This document shows, piece after piece, positions 39,123-50,600 of a stretch of DNA of 64,000 nucleotides (its first letter is position 1; each line of letters opens with the position of its first letter). A program made the translations under genes and the position numbers. The stretch spans positions 70,804,001 to 70,868,000 of the forward strand of contig OZ320313.1 of the NCBI GenBank assembly GCA_976226885.1, in the 5' to 3' direction. A model generated the notes under the pieces. The model had not been told where the DNA came from, made no database searches, and worked only from the letters and a program-made list of their open reading frames with translations. Origin of the DNA: Iphione sp. A-MEVVRFRX5 (taxonomy: Eukaryota).

Positions 39123-41946
39123 TGACGGCGAGTAATCACAGAAGAAGGAGGAATGGTTTCTCCTTCTCAGGGAAAAGACGGGCTGATGGTTAATACCACA
39201 GTAGCCGAGGATAAAGGAAACTACATACAAAATTTGGAGAGGGGACTGTAATAACTGCTTAAGTTTTTTTTCAGGAAGGGTGAGATCTGACATTGACCTA
39301 CAATGTACATAAATTTTAGGATTAATGAATCCTATTGATTTACGTATTATTCTACTCTAGAGGATTACGACATCGCATCCCTTCCCATTGTGTAACAGAA
39401 AATGCATTCTGCAACGCTGGGCGTAGCAGATTCTGCTGCTCCTAATATCGCAGTTTCATCCACCGCTTTTTGTATAACTGAATCCAGTGGTTTAGATACC
39501 CAATAATGTCACTGGTTGCCACTCTTACATCTATGATCTGCTTGAATAGTAATTAGGTCATATTCACCTATCTCAGTGGGCATTTTCTAACCAAGCAAGT
39601 AACATAACCTTTGTCGATATGCCCTTTGGATCTACATTTAACGTTATTTTACTATCCTTTGGAATCGAGCCTAAATTGTCTGAATTTCTAGATGGACAAC
39701 CTACTAGTAATTTATTGAGGATAACAAACATGGTAACTTGATTTTTTTTTCGCAAACCTTTAAAAGTAGCCATCGACATTAGACTAAAGTAACTTCGTTG
39801 GAAGTGAGTTTGAAGTAGCAAACCTATGGAGTGAATAGAGTAGATGACGATGTGGTTTTATCCTTTTTTAATGTCATCATAAAGTTGTTTAGAGTTTATA
39901 GACATCTATATATCATGCGAAATGATTTAGATTGTATCGATATCGCACATGAAATTTCGTTTGTCCACTCAAAAAAGCCCTCTGCCTCTCTATGAAGTAT
40001 TAATGGTGATATAGAGTTCATAATTCATAGTCTGTTTACGTGCTTTCTTTAAGAGTATAACTGGTATTATATGGGTACAGTCCGTGGGTGTCTATGTGGT
40101 ACGGTGTTTATCTGGTGACGACGGCAGCTTGGTTGAAAGCTGCGGAGCGCTCCAGGTTAACAAGTCCATTGTCGACGAATGACTGGGTCTCCCAGTCAGT
40201 CATTAATTAAAAGGCCTCTCGCCTGCTTGCCTCGCTGCATGTAAGCCTTCAACAGTTGATGTGTGCGTCATCACGGTCCAGGCACAAGGAGGCTCAGAAC
40301 ACCGCTCCAGTGTGCGTTATTTCACACTGATAGCACTGTCATGTAAGAGCGACACGTGAAGAATATCCTCACAAAATTCATCGGATAAAGCTGTGACAAA
40401 GCATTGTTTTCTTGTTCACTATCAGGCAATGCTATGAACGCTTCCTGTATATTTTCAAGCAGATACTCAATACTTCCCACCAATTTTTCTGTGGCTTTTA
40501 ATGTATGGCATTTGTACAAGTTGTTTCCGCTCCTTCTGTCTCCTCTTGATATAACACGTGAAGGGTGATGCTCATACTTATGACCGTACGGCTACAGCTG
40601 AGTATTGGGCAGCCTACCAGTGCATTATGTGAGTCCTCCCCTCAAGCGTTGTAGCAGAATTGACTGCACACCCACTCAGCTATAAATCTCACGAGACTAG
40701 TAACTGCACTCGTTTTCAGCCAAGACCTCCTCACTGTAGTCCAATGAGAGCTGTTGTACGTTCAACGCAAGCCTTGAGCGAACTGCATAAATATGTATTC
40801 CTGTCCATATAGCTGAACAGCACAGAGGTATAGCTGAGACTTAAACAGTACGAAAGGAGCTTACATTTGACTTCAAGTCAATTGTTCGATTACAGAGGCT
40901 AAGGATGAAACGTTTAGCCTGCTTGGCACATTCGCGAAGCTCTGCAGGGTAGAAATCTGAATATAAATAGACGAAGCCACTAATCTTGACAACAGCGTCG
41001 GTTTGGTGTTCAAGGACGCGGGAAGCTACACTGACAAGACGCTCTGTAGCGCCTGGGGCTAAAATAGCATGGGTAGAGGGAAAGAGGGATAGAGAGCGAG
41101 AGAAAGTGGGTGAGGATAGCTAATAGCTTGGTGGGATGGTGATTGAGAAAAGGGGGAGAGGGGCGGTTGGCAACAATTGCACTCCACCCCCACCGATATG
41201 TCGACGTTTTACCATGGTGCTGCCTTTTTCTTACCGCGCGTTGGGCATTGATTGATGACGTGTCTGAACGTCACTAATTGCTTTCCTGTTCTCGGGTGAC
41301 CGACTGATGAATATGTTCGCAGAAGGCCATATCTTGAATTGCGTTAAAGTTGCTGGAACTAGTGAAGGTGAAGCTGTTATAGCCGCATATCCTGACATAC
41401 ATGAGGTAATGTTCCTCTAAGCGCGTGTTTGAAAGAAAAAAGATATATTGGCCACGTATTTTTAACTCATGCGTCACTTCTAAAACCGTTTAAAAAGTAT
41501 TTTGCCATTCGTTCACATGTCACCAGCCATATCAGAAACTATGACCTCTGTGGCTTATAACTCTTCTGGATACTGATTGCCTTTCTGAACCAAGCACCTA
41601 TCTATCATAGTCTATAACAACCCAGTTTCGTTTATTGATCGACGAAAGCACTTGATTTGGAAGAGACTGTCGGAGACGTTGCGCTGCTATATTTAAGGTC
41701 TACATGTACATATATTTATACACTTGATCTTCAATACAAATTTTGTGAAAGTCACACTCGTACACTTCCCCGACAAAAAGGCTATCTTCACGAAGCCAGT
41801 TTATTCTACTCCTCGTAGAGTGTGCCCAATTTATAGCAGAAACGGGGCTGTATTTCTCTTTAAAGCACGGCTGCCATCTTTAATGCTCTTTGGGCCTATT
41901 TGAGCCATCCAAGCAATATATTGTGTATTGTTGGGAGTGCAGTGAC

Positions 41947-42040
41947 ATTATAGATTATGCGATATTCACCATGCATCGTATATATTAGCTGTGATATTAT
42001 AGATTATGCGATATTCACCATGCAGCGTGTATATTATAGG
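41947..42040. repeat. Two-copy 49-bp tandem repeat
   Basis: ATTATAGATTATGCGATATTCACCATGCA is identical at 41947 and 41996. Confidence 0.85.
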
Positions 42041-42115
42041 AAATGGAAGGACTGAACAGACAATGCCATAAATTGAAACATGTTTATTTCGCTACACTGA
42101 AACATATGTGAAACG

Positions 42116-42235
42116 TCACAGCTGAAGAACAACGTTCTTGTCGTCCTTCACTAAACCAACCTGGAAAACGTGAAAGACATTCAATTTTCACAGCTGAACA
42201 ACAACCTTCTTGTCATCCTTCACTAAAGCAACCTG
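42116..42235. repeat. 48-bp direct duplication of the Crypton ORF 3' end
   Basis: 42116-42163 and 42188-42235 differ at 4 positions; period 72 bp. Confidence 0.85.
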
Positions 42236-43767
42236 TGAAACATTACCAGGGACAACAATTGTAAATACATTGGAATCAATCAAATCCAGTGTAGTGCTTT
42301 TAGGAGAGATTTTTGTTTTACAATCTTGCAAAGGAGCATGAGCAGAATTAGCCTGTGGACCTGGAAAAGGTGGCTGCAATGAATCGCTAATCTTATGCTC
42401 CAGAGCAGCAGATGGACGTTTATAAGCCCTGACTGCAGTAGACTTGTGACCACTTCTTGATGTAATAGCCTGTTCATCAAAGTCTTTGTCATACAACGTT
42501 TGCAACAAGTTACTTTACCAGAATGTCTAGTAATTACTCTTCCTTCAAGAGGGATACCAGCTGCTAAGAACATCTCTTTCATATACAATGTCAGCTTATT
42601 GATACCAACATTTTGAGCACTGAACATTAATTAACCATTTACATTTGGCAATGGATGTCTATAGAACTGACCGTTCTTAATTTGACAACACATCTGGGAT
42701 TGTCAGGTTGAGCATAATGCTTGACCTGCCTTGGTGTAGAGGTGGAGTTAAATTTGCCAGTGATAGTCTTAGCTAAGCGGCCATTGTACTGAATGTACCT
42801 ACTACTGTGTTCATCTATGGCAAAGGTATGCTGCTCTGCCATTAAGTTTGAATGCTCGTCCTTAGCTCGAAAGCCAAAGATTTTACAATTGTAGATGTAG
42901 ACAGCGTAAGACATTGAAAATGTATTTTTAAATCCAATGATGTCTTTCTCCCACAGTTTAGCCTCATCAGCGACAGAGACAGGATCAGCACAATTCGGAG
43001 TAGTACCTACACCTTTTGCCATGAGAATCTTCCTGCGAGCATCCAAGGCATCCCTGAACATTTTGAAATTGCAGTCATCTTTCTTCAGCAGCCAGATCTC
43101 AGATCGGTTCAATGTATCACGCATATATCGTTGTATACCAGCAGCAATATTTGTCAATGTACCTGTAAGAAGCAAGAGTAATGATTTTGAGGAACGTAAA
43201 TATTGGAGAGGCCTTAAATCTACTCGAGGCAAATGAAAAACTATCTGGAGAATATGGAGTATTATCCTTTTTGCGGATTTCTGTGATGAAACGTGCCAAC
43301 CAATAGTCCAGCTTGTCCAGAAATGGACTATCCAATGCAGGAATAGGCCATTTTTCATCCTTCTTGGAATCCTTGTTGCAATTCCTCCAACATCTCCATT
43401 CTTTGAAGAGTGAAAGAGCCCATTTCGAAGCTAACTGAGTATTCTTTGGGATCCTCTGGTCCAGAGTGGACTGAAACACCTGTGAAGAGAGAATAGCATC
43501 AAATCATGCTTGAAGCTGAGATAGATTTGAACCAGCCTCATCAGGAGTGTTCGGAGGTGTCTCTGGAACGACAGATCCACCCTGTACCGGAACATCTGAT
43601 CCTTCCTCTACAGGAACATCTGGAGTGTATGAGACCGTACTCAATTGTGTATATTCTTTTTGAATATCTCCATCTTCTACAGTTGCCGCATTCTCGAGAT
43701 AATTTCCCTCTAAAGCCCCAACTTGTGATAGCAAATCCAAATTGATATCAAAATTTGACTCGTCCAT
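42188..43767 (-). pseudogene. Crypton-type (DUF3504) tyrosine recombinase, disabled
   Basis: Joined frames give an acidic N-terminus, then RIPKNTQLASKWALSLFKEW, LDYWLARFITEIRKKDNTPYSPG|TLTNIAAGIQRYMR, LWEKDIIG, YNCKIFGFRAKDEH, RCVVKL, FYRHPL, SAQNVGINKL, ITRHSGKVTC, SRSGHKSTAVRAYKRPS. These are typical Crypton/ZMYM-QRICH1-KCTD1 DUF3504 motifs with the YR catalytic R, HxxK, H and Y positions. Lesions: TGA at 43504-43506, intron 43163-43244 with AT instead of GT donor, deletion/frameshift near 42690, stop near 42631, frameshift near 42505. Confidence 0.88.
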
Positions 43768-43953
43768 CCTGGTCGATCACCTAACGAAGAGTGTGCTATA
43801 CTATCCACGCTCCAGCCTCTTGTATAACAGCAAATGTCGTGAAACATACATATGGATACATTTCAGGCGCCAGACTGACATCACTGCCAATAGCCTTGTA
43901 ACGCACTTGTAAGAAACATTGTAACTTTGTAAGGGAGCCATGACTTTAAGTGA

Positions 43954-44071
43954 GATACAACCCTCGTACAGCATGTACTTGATATATTACCACTGTATAA
44001 TATTCTTGGCTCTGCCTCGAATATTATGCAGTGGTAATATATCGCGTACAGTGCTCTACTTGGGTTGTATC
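43954..44071. repeat. 118-bp imperfect palindrome upstream of the Crypton ORF
   Basis: Inner arms GATATATTACCACTGTATAATATTC (43981-44005) and GAATATTATGCAGTGGTAATATATC (44019-44043), 24/25 complementary, around the asymmetric 13-bp spacer TTGGCTCTGCCTC. Outer arms GATACAACCC (43954-43963) and GGGTTGTATC (44062-44071). Confidence 0.9.
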
Positions 44072-44369
44072 TATCACGTACAGGCTGGAGTTCCACGTGT
44101 ACGTGTAGACATGGAGCATATTTTCATGAATGTGGAAGTTAATGCGATAACCAATGTATCAACAGTTAACACGGCAGGAGTGTTTCCATGTGCACTGTGT
44201 TTTGGCACCATGAAAATGCAGGAAAACAGCAGAAAAAAAGTAAAATCTGATGGAAACTGGTCTAAAAACGGCAAATTTCTCATAAATTTGGCTGAAAGAC
44301 AACGAATTTCATGGAAACTAAGCCTAAAATTGGCCACTTTTACATAAATTTTCCCCAAAACGACATAAG

Positions 44370-44420
44370 CATAAACAAAAAATATCTGTGCTTCCGGTAA
44401 CCCGACCAACCCTCATTTTA
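44370..44420. mobile_element. Fragment of a related MITE terminus
   Basis: AAAAAATATCTGTGCTTCCGGTAACCCGACCAACCC resembles the TIR region of the TWA MITE family. Confidence 0.4.
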
Positions 44421-46097
44421 GCAGCGATGGAAGGTGGCATTAATTGTGTTTTACACTTCATGATAAAACCTTTCGAGACCATAAAGATATCGAATATACG
44501 GTCTAGTCTTACTTGCCACGGGGCTTTTGAGGGGGAAGCAGCAATTTTAAAAAGGCTTCTAAGTCGTCGAGGCTCACTCTATCCTTCTCAAGTACATGTA
44601 CGTGTATTTCCGCTTCAGGATGATGCAGTAGGCTATTATTGCAGATTTAAATAGTCATTAAGCACAGTATCGAATTATTACATTCATGTTCTATGTCATA
44701 GTCCTCTCGCCTGGGATATTCAGTCTTTTAGATTCGATATATATTGACTGGGACTTATCACTTGTCCCTTTCATCACATTAGAGACTCGTGGCGCAAACT
44801 CCCACCTAACCCTCCTGGTTCCCTTTGGTGGCTTTCGGTGTGCCAAATTCCACCGCCGAATGTGGCCTGGTCATATATTTACTATATGTAACCGCACACT
44901 TGAGCCGCGGAGTCATTATATGGTCTGAATGGTAATTTCATTGAGTTCATTATTATCGGTAGCAGCAGGTCGCTGGAATTCACAGCTGTTAGGGAGAGAT
45001 GTACTGGCATACATACATATTTACACACATAATCGGCTCCTAATAATGATGACAAAGCAATATCGACAAGGCCCTTTTTTACATTTACACACAACTAAAA
45101 GCAAAACGAACAGTTTTCTGATGGAGAAAAGACGCTCGCACAACTAGTCCATTATTACGGGTAGGGCAGTTAAATTCGGATGTACCCGGATACCCCTACA
45201 TATTTTTAAATGCATATATATGTACTATATATCACACAATACATATCAAAAACCAAATGGTGTTTTCTTTGGTGGTTAAGCGATAATTAGATCTTTGACT
45301 ACAAAACTGTATCTCTATAGTTTCCGAAAAGATCGGAAACCTTTTGCTTATCGATAAAACACCGTCTGCAGGAAAATTAGGACCTGCAATACACAGAAAG
45401 AAACAACGCCATGTCTTGCCAATCAATAATTGGCTGATCACATTTGACCAATTGTTTACGATGTATGTCGAAGGTAACATCGGAAACAAGTTTGCCGTAG
45501 GTTAGACCTGTGTCAACCAGATTAAGACCGGTCAGAATGGACCCTCGGGGTTGATAACATTAGGTTCTGGTTGTTAGGCTGTAATGTACTGAATGTTTCA
45601 GGAGCTCGGCTCGTGATGTAGTACCCGTTACTAGTGTTGGGCAGTACCACATCGACCAACACCTCACATCAAAACATCAGGAGCGTGCGCACCGTTAGAT
45701 CATTAGATATTATGTCAGCGAGATATACACATGTGTTCTACAGTATCGAAGGTCTGCAGTGAGCATTGATAAATAATGCCTGGGGTACATACCTACCTGG
45801 TAAATCAACTAACACCTTTTGTTCCAAAACATTTATAGAACATCATTTTGGTGAAGTTTGAAAAAAAAACATTCAGGTGTAAAAAAGTTAAATCAAAATG
45901 TTGAGGTGGCAGTACAAATACTATGTCCAGGTAACATAGTATAAATGCTAGTTCATAACAATCAGGGAACATCAGATGGTAGAGTAGTTAGAAGTTTGAA
46001 CATTTTGTACATGGCATGAATGCCTTCTGTCTTGACAATTTTTCCACTCCTCGGATGCCATACCTGTCTGCCATAGTCCTTGCAGTAAGTACATGCA

Positions 46098-46154
46098 TTT
46101 TTTGATAGCTATAAAACAACCACCTCTATGCTGTTCTTTATCTGTTTGAAACAC
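46098..46154 (-). pseudogene. LINE APE-endonuclease relic
   Basis: VFQTDKEQHRGGCFIAIKK resembles the APE motif (Y/F)RxDRxxxGGGVxIxxK; the match is short. Confidence 0.4.
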
Positions 46155-46418
46155 CTATGATCAAGCCTTCTTCAGGATTAAAACGCAGTTGGCACGTTGT
46201 ACTAACTAGTTCCCATATAGTGAGAGGTCTAACTTAACACTCTTTGCTCTTCGAAGCAGCCGCTCCTTCTCACGCCGTTTATCCACAGATTCTACACATC
46301 GTAGGGCAACATTTCCTAACTTTAATAGGCCCTTTGCACTGACAACTACCAACAAATCATCGGCATAGACAGCCGGATAAATTCCAGGTTACAACACTCA
46401 TGGTAAGGTGTTCACTTA

Positions 46419-46757
46419 GGCCCCCCAAATAATAGGCGTGTTTCTGGTCATGGCCAGCCAAAAACCTAGGTAGGGAGGGGGGTATCTTTTTTTTCACTTT
46501 CTTTCTCTGGATTTCAATAATAATAAAGACAGTAAGAAGAATTTTGACCAATCTGTATGAGTTTTACAGTTTTTTGGTGAATTTCCATGCATTTTGTTGT
46601 TTTTCTACTAAATGTACTGAAAACATGTGCCATGAAAACACATATCTAAGGAAATTCAGCCTTGGAAACTCTTGGGGGCAAAAAAACTTTTAGGTAGGGT
46701 AAGGCTTTACTAGGTAGGGGTGGGTTACCAGAAACACACCTATTATTTTTTTTGGCC
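46419..46757. mobile_element. MITE, complete, TTA target-site duplication (same family as 38420-38825)
   Basis: Same TIRs and internal body (TAGGTAGGG motifs, GAATTTTGACCAAT, AAACATGTG); TTA at 46416-46418 and 46758-46760. Confidence 0.9.
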
Positions 46758-47486
46758 TTATATTCAACCTTCAAAGGTATCTCCTGAAATAGAGTGAATA
46801 ACCTGAACGGGATGAACATGCATTATACAGTAAAATGTCTCAACTGGGAAACCTTCAGATCTTTAACAATTACTTGATAGTGTGCCACAGAGGGACACAA
46901 TTACAGTTTCAGTGAGCAGTAACTTGGAAATGAATGGAATGCACGAAAATGATATAAATGGATGCTTTAATTCCACATGCATTCGTAAAACTGTCCATTA
47001 CCCTGTAGGAAGAGGGTTTACTTGTATTTTAAAACGTACTTACCCTGCGCTGGAGCATTCTTAAATTTCATCAAAGGAATTTATCAAAGTAACTCCTGGA
47101 GATCAGGAGGTAATACTGCTTCGTGACGCAATTCCTATTTTCGATTCCCTGATTATCTCTGTCTCTGGTCTTAATGTAATTGTATAGGTCTTACTTTAAA
47201 TCAAATCAAGGATGTGACTACCACTAGTAAAAAGCCCCTAGCTGCTTATATGAGTGCTCCTAGTCGATTTTACAACGTCTATGTCTTATACAAAAATGCA
47301 TAAGTTAATTTTGTCCCGCTTTTTACTGCCATTAATACCATAAATCATTTCACTCTTATACAAGTTTATACTCTTGTCATTCTTTTGCTTGTCAAAACGT
47401 AACTTGTAATGCTTACAGCTGAAGTACAGAATTTAAGAGAGAATTAACTAAATGTCATGCGGAATGGGTGTATACCCTTGAATATA

Positions 47487-47665
47487 CAGTGGAGTCTCTA
47501 TTTACGACCACATTGATTTCCGACCATTCTTGCTATTACGACCAGTACAGCCTGGAACAAAAGTAATGATATCTATAGTTAATAATAATCTATTTACGAC
47601 CATATTCACCATTACGACCAGTTCAGCTTGGTACCAAGTGGGGGTTGTAAATAGAGACTCCACTG
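47487..47665. mobile_element. 179-bp Tc1/mariner(pogo)-type MITE
   Basis: TIR CAGTGGAGTCTCTATTTAC(G/A)ACC (22/23 match), TA flanking both ends, internal TTACGACCA repeats. Confidence 0.88.
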
Positions 47666-50600
47666 TACATGTTCCTAATCAGTTCAGCCTCCCTTCTTCG
47701 AAAAGAACTGAATTATATTTTATAGTAACAAATTGCCCAAAACGCAAAAGTCGGTACACTTCAGCAAAAAAGCCATCATTTACTCGCCCTGCGAAATACA
47801 GATACAAAGCAGACGGCCCATGAAACACCCTGTCACCTGTGTAATCCCATAAATCAATGCTATTGGATGGCACGAAACTTTGTTTTCGCCAAGAGCCACC
47901 AATTTCTACACGTTGCTATTATTATTTTTCCGGCTAAGATATTTATTGGATTATCAGGATGCGGATACCCCTGGATCACATTCAATAGGTCGATAATATC
48001 CGAAAGGTAGAGATGTTATGTGTTAGCAATAGCTCCTGTTAATTATCAAGTCTGAGAACTACAAACTACTGTCTGTAAGGCGATCATTCTGAAAGATCTA
48101 GTTCGTATACAGGATCATTGCTGTGTCTACTGAGCCTTCTCAATATCAAAAAGCAATCACCCAAGGATCACTCCAACCGATTCACACCCCCTCCTCCCCC
48201 CCCATATCGACCTTCCATTAAGTCTGGCTGGTTCCGTTTCCGCTTGGCAACGGTTGTTATGCCACAGCCCGTGCTTTGTGACAGTAAGTATATATAGAGA
48301 CACATGTCATGTTGGGGCCCATCAAACACTAAGGCCCATCAAACGCTAAGGCTTTCCGAGCATGGACCACGAAACCCACCCCATCATCCCACCCAGCACT
48401 TACGGTCTTCATACCAAAGTGCGCCGCAATCCCAAGCGGTCGGTGGTGCGGCGGAAGAGGAAATGGTCGACGATTCATAATCTCCGCACGCGTCAACCCG
48501 AACAACTTTTAACATGTCCCGTGCATGTTGTTGTCAGCACCCCACCGGTGTCTAACACAGGTTGGCTATCCTAAAACCCTGAACAGTTCCATGGCATGCC
48601 TCCCTCCAACCGCCCATGACTCTCCTCTTGCGCGCTGCGGCCAGCCAATATAGATGCATGGTATTTTACGATAGGCCTGCCGAACGAAGACGGATCGACG
48701 CCCCAACGGTGCACAGTAACAGGACGTGAATTTGGCAATACTTGATCAATGGCCATTTATCAGGGACCGACCCTTCATCCATCATAGAGGTCGGTAGGTG
48801 GTAGCCATCTGGGCGGGTCGCCGAACGGGAAGGCGGGATTCCAGACGCAACTCGTGGGAATTTCACCTGAACACCAGTGTACCACAGCCCTAGTTATGTG
48901 GTCACCTCGGATGGAGCTGAAGGTTACATGCGGTTCCAGGGGTCTGTAATCGCCGTTAAATGTCGGAGTAATTGGAGTGTCGTGCCCACGGACCCTTCCA
49001 TTATCACTAGACCACTCGCAATTGTCGCTAGTAATGGATCATTGGAGTGTCAACGATATTCATACCTGTATTAGATCAATTCAGAAATGTACTCTACATT
49101 AAGAAAGCGCTGTTTAGAAGATCGCAAAGAAGATATTGCAATATTGTGCTCAGCGTAAATGCAACTATGCAGACACCCGTTTTCAATTGGTCTTACCACT
49201 TTACATTTAGTAAGAACCAAGCAGGAGATCGGTAATTATGACTTGTCTTTTTTCATATTTTTTTCAAACTACATGGATGTCCTGAAATAACCAATTCACA
49301 AAATGTACATCATGAGGGATACACGTTCTAAAAGATATAAATACATCACCTATTCGTGCACTCGAAAACACCGAAATTAAATCTGTCGTTTCACTGCATG
49401 ATTCACAACTGAAAATTGTTGTGATCTTTTGTTGAGTCATGATTCTGTCCGTTAACTAATTACAGTGCTTTTTTGGCCCCTTCATATTAAGAACGTGGGG
49501 AGTGGGCACTGCTGACTGTCCAAATAAACCTCAGAAGGTTAACCATATGACGTTCGTGAAAAATCAGATCGACAAGTGGGCACTGCCGGTCACTAAACAT
49601 AAAAGTTTAATTAATGGGCGAACATGACTAACTTTGACCACACAAGTTAACATATCATTTCTGTGTCAAACCACTATGAAGCAACTTATTGAGTGAGCAA
49701 ACAGCTCCAGCAGCAACTCAGCTATCAAGCAACTCTCTCCCATATCGGCGATTGTGGCTATCTGGTCCCAGCGAATTTTTCTCACGTTTACTATATATTT
49801 TACATCTCATCAGGCTCCAGTCGGTGGATACATCACTCTGTGGACATGTTGAGTTTGTCAAAGGGTAACAAATGACGCCCTACAATGTGGTATTTTTCCA
49901 TCAAAGAAGATGGTTTGCAAACAAAACGTTGAGATGTGGGTGACTAAATGTCATTTCAGGCAAAAGTGCCTTGTTACAGTGAATTGAAAGTAATTTGGGC
50001 AAAGACCGCCACGTTTCCGGCGATTTAAGGTAATTGTAGGCACTGGATGCAAATGCAATGTACATGTACAGATGCACACACAACACATACAACTCTTCCG
50101 ACCAGGCGGGAAACTCCTGTAGGCGGAAGGAATCGCCTGGTCCATGAGGTACCTGCCTGGCAGAGAGTGCATACACTGCATTTTCAGTATTTAGCAATTC
50201 TGTTCAGTTTTAGACAGGGACAGTACGTTTATCCTGTTAGGTACATTGATCTCCTAGCCGTTACGGTCTTTTATCAGACCTACGCAGCAAATGAGCATTG
50301 TTCTACATGAGCATTCATACATTTCTTAACATATACCATCTACTTCCCCAGTGTAGTTTTGAATAGCATGACCAACGCACATTATTGATATACTGTATTG
50401 ATATTGATATTGTTTCACGTGTCGCTCATTCGGCAGGTTCTGGACAGTTCTCTCCAGAAATCTGTACTCTAACGAGAACGCACGGGTGTAGTGATACTCC
50501 ATACAGAATTAACTGAGAGAGAACTATCAGAGAGAATCACGGCAGCTGTGTTCGAAACAAGTGTGTGTTGTTTCTTTGGAAGGATGCTTACCACCCAACT

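Noticed and set aside
42937-43745. Plus-strand ORFs 42937-43236 and 43506-43745
   Set aside because: Antisense shadows of the Crypton coding sequence.
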